In this document: in pieces, positions 1 to 7,092 of the stretch
Numbering within the stretch: the first letter of the stretch is position 1
How the letters are laid out: each line of letters opens with the position of its first letter
Origin: Nanobdellota archaeon
GTDB taxonomy: Archaea; Nanobdellota; Nanobdellia; Woesearchaeales; SKGA01
Length of the DNA: 36,790 nucleotides
Assembly: GCA_020430425.1 (NCBI GenBank)
Contig: JAGQJW010000002.1
Location: 1-36,790 of the forward strand
Direction of reading: 5' to 3'
Translations under genes and position numbers: made by a program
The notes under the pieces: generated by a model
Databases searched by the model: none
What the model was told of the DNA's origin: nothing
Seen by the model: the letters and a program-made list of their open reading frames with translations, nothing else

Positions 1-425
1 AGCAAAGGAGTACGTAAAGAAAGATTGAAGCTTGCAACCAGAATCAGAAATAAGCCTATATATAGTCCGACCAATTCAATGGTTACGGCGTGAAGGATCA
101 AGAACTGATAGAATGGCAAAAGAAATGAGGAAGCCGAATCAACTGCAACGTATGCGTAGGAAATCAGATTCTTTATGATCATCAGAAAGTAGGCGGTAAG
201 CAGTACGCCATCCATCGATTTCTTTCTCCAACCGACAAAAATCTTGCTGGGGCTTGCTTTATAGATGAGCATTCCAAGAGCAGTCCAAGAAATGATCTTC
301 TTGATGTAATCCAGATCAGAACCAATAATCTCAAAGGCATCAAGGACGTTTAGGATGATGATGCCAAGCAGGATAAACTCCTCTGCACCGAACTCTAGTC
401 TCTTGACCAACCCACCCTTTTTCAT
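1..425 (-). CDS. Hypothetical multi-pass membrane protein, partial (3' end runs off the left edge of the window)
   Basis: ATG (complement of cat 423-425) opens a frame with no stop to position 1. It translates MKKGGLVKRLEFGAEEFILLGIIILNVLDAFEIIG...LILVASFNLSLRTPL, with several hydrophobic helices. A TATA-like element lies about 26 nt upstream. The gene is absent from the ORF track because it is truncated. Confidence 0.6.
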   Translation of the reverse strand, partial: MKKGGLVKRLEFGAEEFILLGIIILNVLDAFEIIGSDLDYIKKIISWTALGMLIYKASPSKIFVGWRKKSMDGVLLTAYFLMIIKNLISYAYVAVDSASSFLLPFYQFLILHAVTIELVGLYIGLFLILVASFNLSLRTPL

Positions 426-445
426 AACCTTAAAAGAGGCGTTTT

Positions 446-456
446 CTTATAAAAAG
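446..456 (-). promoter_or_regulatory. TATA-box-like element (minus strand CTTTTTATAAG) about 26 nt upstream of the start at 425
   Basis: AT-rich TATA-like motif at the spacing that recurs before most genes in this window. Confidence 0.45.
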
Positions 457-502
457 ATTTCTCTTAAGACCCCTTTGCTCCTTCTTTTAGGCTCTTGAAA
501 AG

Positions 503-512
503 TTTTATATAT
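503..512 (+). promoter_or_regulatory. TATA box (TTTTATATAT) about 27 nt upstream of the ATG at 534
   Basis: Motif and spacing match an archaeal promoter driving a leaderless or near-leaderless mRNA. Confidence 0.5.
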
Positions 513-533
513 GTTCTTCCATCAATAAACACC

Positions 534-1514
534 ATGAAGTGGTTTGTATTCCTCGTTGGCGTGGTACTCTTGAGCTCTTTTGCTCTGGCTGCCTACGAGG
601 ACGTTCTAGGGAATAATGAAGCATATCTAGTCGATACTGGCGAGCTCTATTTCAAGAAACCGTTCATAGCCTATGAAGGAACCCCTTTTGATATGGTTCT
701 TCTTCCTGACATCAACCAATCGCAGGTAGACCTAGGAATCGAAGTATATAAGGAAGGAAAGATCCTTCCAAAGACCTTCTCTAGCGTTGAATTCGAGAAT
801 GAGACGAAAGTCATTCTCGTATGGGGTGACGTGATTACTAAGGATACTTCCTACACTCTTGTCTACAAGAGGGACGGAAGGACGCTCTTTCGACAGCCGT
901 TCACCATCCAGGCAAAGGAGAAAATAGTCGTTGACAGGACATTACAAGAAAGCACTTATTTTCCTACCAAGATAACTGATAACCAAAGGGAATACCTCCT
1001 TGAACTTCTTTCCAACAAAGGGTTGGACTACACGCTTGAAGATTTTTCTCTCCAAGAGAAACAGGCAAAGGAAGTCTTTTCTGTTGACAAGAAAGTCTAC
1101 ATAGAAACACAGACCTATAATGATAATTCAACGGATACAAGAACAGTAGTCGTCATTGATGTGGCTAAGGATGCTCCTTTCCTTGACGCATATCTCATCG
1201 AAACCATACCAAAAGATTTTGCATTCCACGTAAGCAATCTTACCTTCACTTCAACAGCACCGACCATCCTTGAAGAAGACCCTATTGTTATGTGGCATCT
1301 TCAAGATGTAGATGATCAGAGAATTGAATATGCCATAAAGGGAAATGAGACTCTCACTGGAAATACTATCCTTATCGCAAGCACTATCGAAGAGAAAGAA
1401 GAGCTGACTGATAGCTCATCTACAAAAGGCATCCTCTTACCTATACTGCTCATTCCCTTGATTGCAGGAATCATCATCTTCTTCTCAAAATACAAGATAC
1501 AACGGATAAAATAG
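534..1514 (+). CDS. Secreted, C-terminally membrane-anchored surface protein (putative glycoprotein), function unknown
   Basis: Taken from ORF 495..1514 (TTG start), trimmed to the ATG at 534. This gives the signal peptide MKWFVFLVGVVLLSSFALA-AY. The C-terminus has a Ser/Thr-rich spacer, then the TM helix GILLPILLIPLIAGIIIFF and a basic tail KYKIQRIK. Several N-x-S/T sequons are present (NQS, NET twice, NST, NLT). Confidence 0.72.
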   Translation: MKWFVFLVGVVLLSSFALAAYEDVLGNNEAYLVDTGELYFKKPFIAYEGTPFDMVLLPDINQSQVDLGIEVYKEGKILPKTFSSVEFENETKVILVWGDVITKDTSYTLVYKRDGRTLFRQPFTIQAKEKIVVDRTLQESTYFPTKITDNQREYLLELLSNKGLDYTLEDFSLQEKQAKEVFSVDKKVYIETQTYNDNSTDTRTVVVIDVAKDAPFLDAYLIETIPKDFAFHVSNLTFTSTAPTILEEDPIVMWHLQDVDDQRIEYAIKGNETLTGNTILIASTIEEKEELTDSSSTKGILLPILLIPLIAGIIIFFSKYKIQRIK

Positions 1515-1521
1515 AAGGAAA

Positions 1522-1840
1522 GGTGTAGAGCACCCATAAGCCACCTTCTGTCAAAACCAAAGCATACAACACAGTTGGATACCGATGTTTTGTGACTGGA
1601 TTCTACTAAGCGCCAAAATGACTTGCACCAGCGAGGTCCATGTTCCATCCTTTCTCAAGGACAAAGTCGGTAGGTTAACTCAGGCCTGTCGCCAAGCCCT
1701 TCGCTGCCTCATCCCATTCCTTGAGGGGTTTTATTTCTCTATGGTTTCCAGCCCTGTTCGGGTTCTCGTAAGAGTCGCACTTACGGTGGGTGGACTTTCC
1801 TAAGACAACAAGTGCCCTAACCAGTCTGTGTGCCCTACAA
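1522..1840 (-). ncRNA. rnpB: RNase P RNA (archaeal type-A-like); boundaries approximate
   Basis: The minus strand carries CR-I GGAAAGUCCACC (plus coords 1789-1800) and CR-V ACAGAAGGUGGCUUAUGGG (1533-1551). AAG(U)CCACC can pair with GGUGGCUU to form P4 with a bulged U. A 9-bp terminal helix forms between GUAGGGCAC (1830-1838) and GUGCUCUAC (1525-1533). There is a hairpin CGUAAG-UGCGACU-CUUACG (1767-1785) and a long-range 7-bp helix CUCAAGG/CCUUGAG (1719-1725 with 1654-1660). A TATA-like box lies about 27 nt upstream. Confidence 0.85.
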
Positions 1841-1861
1841 GAAGAAGAGAATGAGACTTGG

Positions 1862-1869
1862 TTTAAAAA
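1862..1869 (-). promoter_or_regulatory. TATA-like box (minus strand TTTTTAAA) about 27 nt upstream of the predicted RNase P RNA 5' end
   Basis: Its position fits the 5' strand of the terminal helix starting near 1838-1840. Confidence 0.45.
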
Positions 1870-1926
1870 GGTTGTTTACTTCTCAAGCTGTTGCGCTACC
1901 CTTTCCCTAAAGTATTCTCCCACAAC

Positions 1927-1936
1927 CTTTAAAAAG
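1927..1936 (+). promoter_or_regulatory. TATA-like box (CTTTAAAAAG) about 27 nt upstream of the ATG at 1958
   Basis: Motif and spacing. Supports the internal start at 1958 over the ORF-track start at 1790. Confidence 0.45.
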
Positions 1937-1957
1937 AACCTTTCCTTCAGTAAGGAA

Positions 1958-2395
1958 ATGAAAAAAGCGGTGTTGTTTGGTGGATTGATTCTTCTTTCTC
2001 TTCTTCTCTCTGCTTGTGGAGGGCAAACACTCTATATGTGTTCTGATGGAACTCCCGGGGGAGGTCAGATTCCTGATGTGTCAAAGAGTCTTACCTATTT
2101 CTGTCCAGACGGAAAAGAGACCGATGACTTTACTCGCTGCACTTTTGTCAAAGAAATCACTATCACGCAAAAGGATGCCGAGACCAAAAGCATCAACTTC
2201 GTAAATGGCTATGTGCGGGCAAGCGGATGGTCAGGAACGCTCATCAATGTCTATCCAGAAGAAGGAGATTTCTATGGTCAGCTTGTCATCTCCAAGAATG
2301 GAGAGCAATCCTATGAAACCCTGGTCAAAGTTGATGGGGTAAAAGGCTCAGTCTCCTGCTTTCAAAATTGCTTATATACGACTCAAATAAGCTGA
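1958..2395 (+). CDS. Small secreted lipoprotein-like protein (lipobox LLSAC), function unknown
   Basis: ORF 1790..2395 trimmed to the ATG at 1958, because its first 56 codons overlap the RNase P RNA. The N-terminus MKKAVLFGGLILLSLLLSACGG is a lipoprotein-type signal with a lipobox Cys. The mature part is Cys-containing and about 120 aa. Confidence 0.68.
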   Translation: MKKAVLFGGLILLSLLLSACGGQTLYMCSDGTPGGGQIPDVSKSLTYFCPDGKETDDFTRCTFVKEITITQKDAETKSINFVNGYVRASGWSGTLINVYPEEGDFYGQLVISKNGEQSYETLVKVDGVKGSVSCFQNCLYTTQIS

Positions 2396-2425
2396 AAACG
2401 GCTTATTTGGCCATCTTTCCAGAAA

Positions 2426-2435
2426 CTTTTATAAA
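2426..2435 (+). promoter_or_regulatory. TATA box (CTTTTATAAA) about 29 nt upstream of the ATG at 2460
   Basis: Motif and spacing. Confidence 0.45.
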
Positions 2436-2459
2436 CTAGGCATCCTTTCCCCTACACCT

Positions 2460-2612
2460 ATGGCTAACAATCAAATCCGTATGCCATCAAGCGGGGCAGG
2501 ACTGACAACTTTCTACGATGAATCAAAATCAAGCATTCATCTTACACCACAGGCAGTGGTGGGACTCACTATTGTAGTCATTGTTGTCGCAATACTCCTC
2601 AACGCACTTTGA
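2460..2612 (+). CDS. secG: Preprotein translocase subunit Sec61-beta / archaeal SecG (50 aa)
   Basis: Not in the ORF track (under 60 aa). Hand translation gives MANNQIRMPSSGAGLTTFYDESKSSIHLTPQAVVGLTIVVIVVAILLNAL*. The MPSSGAGL...Y.E motif followed by a single C-terminal TM helix is the Sec61-beta/SecG signature. Confidence 0.8.
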   Translation: MANNQIRMPSSGAGLTTFYDESKSSIHLTPQAVVGLTIVVIVVAILLNAL

Positions 2613-2626
2613 GGTGAACAACTCAC

Positions 2627-2974
2627 ATGTTTCCAGGTATGAATTCTCGACAGCTAAAACAAGCTATGAAAAAAATGGGTATGGAGCAAGAACAGCTTGA
2701 AGCCCAAGAAGTCATCATCAGATTAGCGGATAGAGATATCATCATCAATAATCCAGAAGTTGCACGAGTCAATATGATGGGTCAAGAGACCTTCCAGATT
2801 GCAGGTGAAATCAGCGAAGCGATCCGTGACGCCACACCTGACATTGATGAAGAAGATATCAAGACCGTCATGGAAGCAACCGGTGCACATCACGAAGAAG
2901 CGCAAGAAGCAATCATCCGAAACCAAGGAGATCTTGCTTCTGCAATCCTAGAACTCAAAGAGGACCATGAGTAA
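2627..2974 (+). CDS. nac: Nascent polypeptide-associated complex protein (archaeal NAC, NAC domain plus C-terminal UBA)
   Basis: MFPGMNSRQLKQAMKKMGM...VIIRLADRDIIINNPEVARVNMMGQETFQIAGE matches the archaeal NAC N-terminus and NAC domain. The C-terminus EEDIKTVMEATGAHHEEAQEAIIRNQGDLASAILEL is UBA-like. A GAGGTGA Shine-Dalgarno sequence lies upstream. Confidence 0.92.
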   Translation: MFPGMNSRQLKQAMKKMGMEQEQLEAQEVIIRLADRDIIINNPEVARVNMMGQETFQIAGEISEAIRDATPDIDEEDIKTVMEATGAHHEEAQEAIIRNQGDLASAILELKEDHE

Positions 2975-3392
2975 GGCATTCCATCAGTATCAAGAGCAAG
3001 CGCATCGATCACTAGATGCGGCCTTTGAACTGCTAGAAGGTGCATATGAACTTTCACAGGATCCAAAGGTGCTGGTATCTGCTCTTCGATACCTCAAAGA
3101 AGCACAAGATGCATGCATGAATTTCGTCATGTATCTGGAAAACAAGACCACAACGATCGAGTCGTTTCTACAACTCGTTCAAGAACATCAAAGCCTCAAC
3201 GAACAGGAACAAGAGACCATCAGGGAAGTCCATCGTCTCTGTAAAGAACAGGAAGAGAGCGATGTCGAATTCCGAAGGAAAAAAACATATGTCTTGTGCA
3301 ATGATGGCTATCAGCTGTCGACATTGACCAAAGAACAAGTGAATGACTATCTTTCACACACGATGACCATAACAAAAAAACTACTACGGTGA
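2967..3392 (+). CDS. Hypothetical all-helical protein, paralog of the next gene
   Basis: The ATG overlaps the NAC stop by 8 nt (ATGAGTAA). No motif recognised. It shares a helical N-terminus and an E[FY]RR-x-(hydrophobic beta-like) C-terminal pattern with 3389..3889. Confidence 0.65.
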   Translation: MSKAFHQYQEQAHRSLDAAFELLEGAYELSQDPKVLVSALRYLKEAQDACMNFVMYLENKTTTIESFLQLVQEHQSLNEQEQETIREVHRLCKEQEESDVEFRRKKTYVLCNDGYQLSTLTKEQVNDYLSHTMTITKKLLR

Positions 3393-3889
3393 AACTCATG
3401 ATTGAACTCCTTGATGATGCAGGCGAAGAACTCAAACGAGCAGAGCACTTGATCTATGTCAGTCTCAAATACACAAGAACAGCAGATGTCCTCTTGAATA
3501 CGCTCTCTCGGATGATTGATGCATACGAATTTCTTCTTGATGCTCTTTTGATGTATGCAAAAGATACCAAAGGGCTTCAGGAATCACCGACCACTCCTCT
3601 AGAAAAAGGAAGCCTTGTCAAAAAACTCTATCCTCAACAGGAAATCCAAGACAATGTCGATCTCTTCTTCTTGATGAGAAAGATCTACCGAGCTCCTTAC
3701 GAAAAGGAGCAGGAATATCGACGGCACGTGGCCATCATCACCTCACTTGACGGACGAGACGAAATAGTCAACATCGATATCATCACTCAATACTATGAGT
3801 TCCAGAGAGCCTTCTTCAAATTCGTGGTAGACATGATCGGAGATCATGCAAAAAAGAAACACGAAGACGAGAACGGCTGGGAATACTAG
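3389..3889 (+). CDS. Hypothetical all-helical protein, paralog of the previous gene
   Basis: The GTG at 3389 overlaps the upstream stop (GTGA); an ATG at 3398 is an alternative start. Sequence MIELLDDAGEELKRAEHLIYVSLKYTRTADVLLNTLSRMIDAYEFLLDAL... No family recognised. Confidence 0.65.
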   Translation: MKLMIELLDDAGEELKRAEHLIYVSLKYTRTADVLLNTLSRMIDAYEFLLDALLMYAKDTKGLQESPTTPLEKGSLVKKLYPQQEIQDNVDLFFLMRKIYRAPYEKEQEYRRHVAIITSLDGRDEIVNIDIITQYYEFQRAFFKFVVDMIGDHAKKKHEDENGWEY

Positions 3890-3917
3890 AAAAAATATTG
3901 AAAATATTTTTTTGTAT
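3890..3917 (+). terminator. AT-only hairpin (AAAAAATATT-GAA-AATATTTTTT) ending in a T7 run
   Basis: A perfect inverted repeat sits directly after the stop at 3889 and is followed by TTTTTTT at 3907-3913. Oligo-T tracts are the usual archaeal termination signal. Confidence 0.4.
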
Positions 3918-3990
3918 CTCTCTGAAATGTTGAGATGTGTGGCGTTCTCTGATTTGGGAGCAGGAAGAGTGATGAGGTTAGGTGAAACAA

Positions 3991-4443
3991 ATGGCACAAC
4001 AAAAAACATCTGGATTTGACTTGGTAAAAAATATCGGCTATATTCTTGTTATCGTTCTCATCTTTTCTCCGCTTACGTTTCTTATCTCAAACACCATCAC
4101 CGGAACCGCAACAAATGACTGCTACACGCGGGTCGTCAAATTCAACGAGACCGACAATAGCGAACAGATTGCCTGTGAACAAGCCTATCAAGAACAACGA
4201 AGCAGCATTGAGCAGCAGCAGTTTCTCATCGTGAGCATCATCAGCATCGTAACCATCGTTCTTCTTCTCTTTCTAGGAAGCAAGATCCACAATATTATCA
4301 GCTACAGCCTCTTCTTTGCAGGCTCACTCAACACGATCATCATTGTCATGAAGAATTCGTCCTCCTCCTTGCTTGCAGCAAGTCTTGGAACGATCCTCTT
4401 TGTGCTCGTGCTCTTTTTCATCAACAAGCACATCAAACACTGA
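3991..4443 (+). CDS. Hypothetical membrane protein (about 4 TM helices)
   Basis: ORF 3982..4443 has a GTG start. The ATG at 3991 is preferred because AGGTGA (3980-3985) lies 5 nt upstream. Hydrophobic segments include IGYILVIVLIFSPLTFLI, FLIVSIISIVTIVLLLFL and LGTILFVLVLFFI. Confidence 0.65.
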   Translation: MAQQKTSGFDLVKNIGYILVIVLIFSPLTFLISNTITGTATNDCYTRVVKFNETDNSEQIACEQAYQEQRSSIEQQQFLIVSIISIVTIVLLLFLGSKIHNIISYSLFFAGSLNTIIIVMKNSSSSLLAASLGTILFVLVLFFINKHIKH

Positions 4444-4451
4444 TCACCCTC

Positions 4452-5333
4452 ATGTATATCTACAGGATCTCACAGGAACACCGTGACATAGCGAAAGCTG
4501 AGATAGAGACTCTCATAGGACCTGTGGTATCACTCGACGACAACCTCTTTCTTGTCGAGAGCTATGGACCAAAGGCAAAGAAACTTGCCTACACAAAACA
4601 GGTCTATAAGATTCTTGCAAGCGGAACTGATACGCAAGAACTGCTTAGTTCTCCAATCGAAGACAACTATCGGTTTGATGCAATCGGTGAAGAGACGCTG
4701 CCTCTCGCAGATAGACTCTATGCCTTGCACCAGAAAAAGGTCAGCCTTGAACAGTACGATCATCACTATGTGCTCTTCTCTCTTGAAACAACCTATTTTA
4801 CTGAAGAGATCTACGTCAATACGGATACCGGCCAAGAACGGCGAGCACATCAACGAGCCTACAATCACCCAACTAGCATGCATCCTCTTCTTGCAAAAGC
4901 CATGATCAACCTCAGTGGAGCAACCTCTTTTATCGACCCGTTCTGTGGAGCTGGAGGAATACTTATCGAAGGAGCGAAGATGGGCTATGAGGTGTTAGGT
5001 GCTGATATCAGTGAAGAAATGATCGAACGAGCAGAACAGAATCTCAAAGCACTAGGATACATCGCACAACTGAGTGTTCAGGATGCACTGACCATCGAGA
5101 GCGAGTATGAGGCCGTCGTCACTGATCTTCCCTACGGAAAGAACTCTGTCCTTGAAAGTAAAGAACTCTATGATCAGTTCCTTGAGCACGCAAAAAATAT
5201 CACCTCAACACTCGTGCTTGGTAGCCAACAAGGAAGCCTTACTGATCTTCACGGCTGGACTGAAGCATATCGATTTCCCGTTTATGTTCACAAGAGCTTG
5301 ACAAGAGAAATCTTAGTTCTGAAGAAAGGATAA
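4452..5333 (+). CDS. Putative tRNA (guanine-N2)-methyltransferase, Trm11/TrmG10-like SAM-dependent methyltransferase
   Basis: SAM motif I DPFCGAGGILIEGA and motif IV TDLPYGK (the D/N-PPY-type amino-methyltransferase motif), with an N-terminal THUMP-like region. The size and layout fit archaeal Trm-G10/Trm11. Confidence 0.75.
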   Translation: MYIYRISQEHRDIAKAEIETLIGPVVSLDDNLFLVESYGPKAKKLAYTKQVYKILASGTDTQELLSSPIEDNYRFDAIGEETLPLADRLYALHQKKVSLEQYDHHYVLFSLETTYFTEEIYVNTDTGQERRAHQRAYNHPTSMHPLLAKAMINLSGATSFIDPFCGAGGILIEGAKMGYEVLGADISEEMIERAEQNLKALGYIAQLSVQDALTIESEYEAVVTDLPYGKNSVLESKELYDQFLEHAKNITSTLVLGSQQGSLTDLHGWTEAYRFPVYVHKSLTREILVLKKG

Positions 5334-5825
5334 TCACATGAATTTCAATGATTCAAGAACTTCACTCATATAGATGTCATTACGAAATATTTCTGGAGTG
5401 AGATGCTGAGTCACCCTCTCTAGATATCGGAGTGCATTATCAAATGAAAGTCTCTGCTGCTGGGTAAGATGTTTTTTGTCAGCAATCAATTGGTATGCCG
5501 GTCTCATATCACCTACAATATGAAGCTTTTCATTGATCCCTTGTCCCATCACCAGCTCAAGACCATCAACACTTCCTCTGTACTGCAGCCTAACCCCTCC
5601 ATTGAACATGGTTGGTTGCTTGAAGTCAACGGGACCAAACAATTCTGTCACATAGATATTGCTGGTCTCTGGTAATGGCTCACCAATTCTGAAATGGTAA
5701 TAAGGCGTAAACTTGTCGAAGTGACCAATGACTGCAAGACGTTTTATTCCCTCATCATGATATTTTCTGGCTACTTCTTCAATGATTTCCTTTCTTTCGT
5801 GTGGACGCAATAATCTTTCTTTCAT
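5334..5825 (-). CDS. Hypothetical protein (163 aa)
   Basis: Clean ORF abutting convergent gene 4452..5333 with no spacer. No motif recognised. Confidence 0.6.
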   Translation of the reverse strand: MKERLLRPHERKEIIEEVARKYHDEGIKRLAVIGHFDKFTPYYHFRIGEPLPETSNIYVTELFGPVDFKQPTMFNGGVRLQYRGSVDGLELVMGQGINEKLHIVGDMRPAYQLIADKKHLTQQQRLSFDNALRYLERVTQHLTPEIFRNDIYMSEVLESLKFM

Positions 5826-5831
5826 GTTTAC

Positions 5832-6989
5832 CTACTGATGCTCAAGAATCTCTTTACACATCAAGATTCCTTGTACGATGGTCTGTGAAGAAGAATCCGT
5901 CTCAAGACTTCGCAAGATAATATTAATGGCGTCACCGTAGCTAGAATCCCTATGTTCCTTAAGAAATGAAATGATCGCTTTATGAAGATTGTTCGTTGGC
6001 TCCTGCGATAGTTCCAAAGGCTCTTCCTGTTCGTGGGGTCGTGCTTCAACTATTTGAGATGTCCAGACATCAAGACAGTACATCTTCTTATCACTATCCA
6101 TGACAAAATCTCCTAAGAGACTCTTGACATGAAACTCGCCAGCAATCTTTTTTGTCAACCGAGCGATCTCAAGGATATTCTGTTCGGTTGCGCTTTGAGA
6201 AGTCCCTGCATCAAACGTCTTGATCGCAGGTTTATTGAGCTGAAGATCAAAAAGAGAAACAGCCGTCTGTCGATTAATCTTCTGATTCGTCACTTTCAAA
6301 AAATCAACAGCGACTTCAAACGTATCACGTTGTACTGTCTTACTCTTATCGATAAAGCCGATGTAGCTTGAGACAAACAATTTCTTCTGATCAACGAGAT
6401 AAGAACTTTCAAAACAAGTCTTGATATTTGGAAGCCTTGATACGACGACTGCAATGGAGAAGTCAGTCACTTCCATCTGCTGACGAAGCACCACACTCGA
6501 CGGTGCAAACGCGCTTAAGTATACGGTCTTTAGTGCATGCAGAAAACCATCAAAAGTATCTTTTGTATAGGTGACTCCTTTGCTGACGATATCCTGATCG
6601 TTATAGGTGACACTTCGACGTAAAGAGAGCAAAGAATGCTGTGTCTTTTTCCCCTGAAGGACATCAAGGCTTTTCGTGTCAAGGCAAGCAAGCTCAAAAC
6701 ATTCCCTTAAGCCTTGAGAAATCGATGAAGGGAATTTACTTTCAAGAATCTTTGGGGCCAACTCATTAAAGCCACGAACGAGATTCTCCGTGGAACCTTC
6801 TTCATTGCTAAACAATGCATTGATCTCTTCCATCAAGTTATTGTGCTTTATGAATTCAACAAACACATTGCTAGTAATCACCAAACTAAATGGAACCGAG
6901 ACGGATTTCTGACCAAGAAGGATGGCTTTTTGACCAACCAAATTAGCATCGTGCTCTCCTACATTCTTTAACGGTACAAACGCTCCCAT
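5832..6989 (-). CDS. Stand-alone PEP/pyruvate-binding (ATP-grasp, PPDK/PEP-synthase N-terminal-like) domain protein
   Basis: NLVGQKAILLGQKSVSVPFSLVITSNVF resembles the GGKxxNLxxL...vPxGFvIT N-terminal signature of PEP-utilising enzymes. The ORF track extends the gene to 7103. I prefer the ATG at 6989 (Met39) because a TATA box lies 27 nt upstream and the longer form would overlap the divergent kinase start. Confidence 0.55.
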   Translation of the reverse strand: MGAFVPLKNVGEHDANLVGQKAILLGQKSVSVPFSLVITSNVFVEFIKHNNLMEEINALFSNEEGSTENLVRGFNELAPKILESKFPSSISQGLRECFELACLDTKSLDVLQGKKTQHSLLSLRRSVTYNDQDIVSKGVTYTKDTFDGFLHALKTVYLSAFAPSSVVLRQQMEVTDFSIAVVVSRLPNIKTCFESSYLVDQKKLFVSSYIGFIDKSKTVQRDTFEVAVDFLKVTNQKINRQTAVSLFDLQLNKPAIKTFDAGTSQSATEQNILEIARLTKKIAGEFHVKSLLGDFVMDSDKKMYCLDVWTSQIVEARPHEQEEPLELSQEPTNNLHKAIISFLKEHRDSSYGDAINIILRSLETDSSSQTIVQGILMCKEILEHQ

Positions 6990-7011
6990 ACCAAGGAATA
7001 AGGGCTCTTGA

Positions 7012-7020
7012 GATATATAA
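7012..7020 (-). promoter_or_regulatory. TATA box (minus strand TTATATAT) about 27 nt upstream of the ATG at 6989
   Basis: Motif and spacing. Sits in the divergent region shared with the kinase gene. Confidence 0.45.
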
Positions 7021-7092
7021 GACTTTTGTCTGTCAAGGGCGTTAGCTTTATATATGACAAGACCTCTTTTTGCATTAAAAGGGGTGAGATGA

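Noticed and set aside
1680-1740. Possible SRP (7S) RNA helix-8-like element (minus strand GGCAGCGAAGGGC...CAGGCCUGAG)
   Set aside because: I could not find the GGAA/GNAR-loop and AGCA symmetric-loop arrangement of SRP RNA. The surrounding sequence carries unambiguous RNase P CR-I and CR-V elements instead.
1316-1957. ORFs 1316..1648(-), 1585..1803(+) and the N-terminal 56 codons of 1790..2395(+) as protein-coding genes
   Set aside because: They overlie the RNase P RNA (CR-I, CR-V, P4 and the closing helix). Their products are Cys/Arg-rich with no motifs. The downstream gene has a proper TATA box and a lipoprotein signal beginning at 1958.
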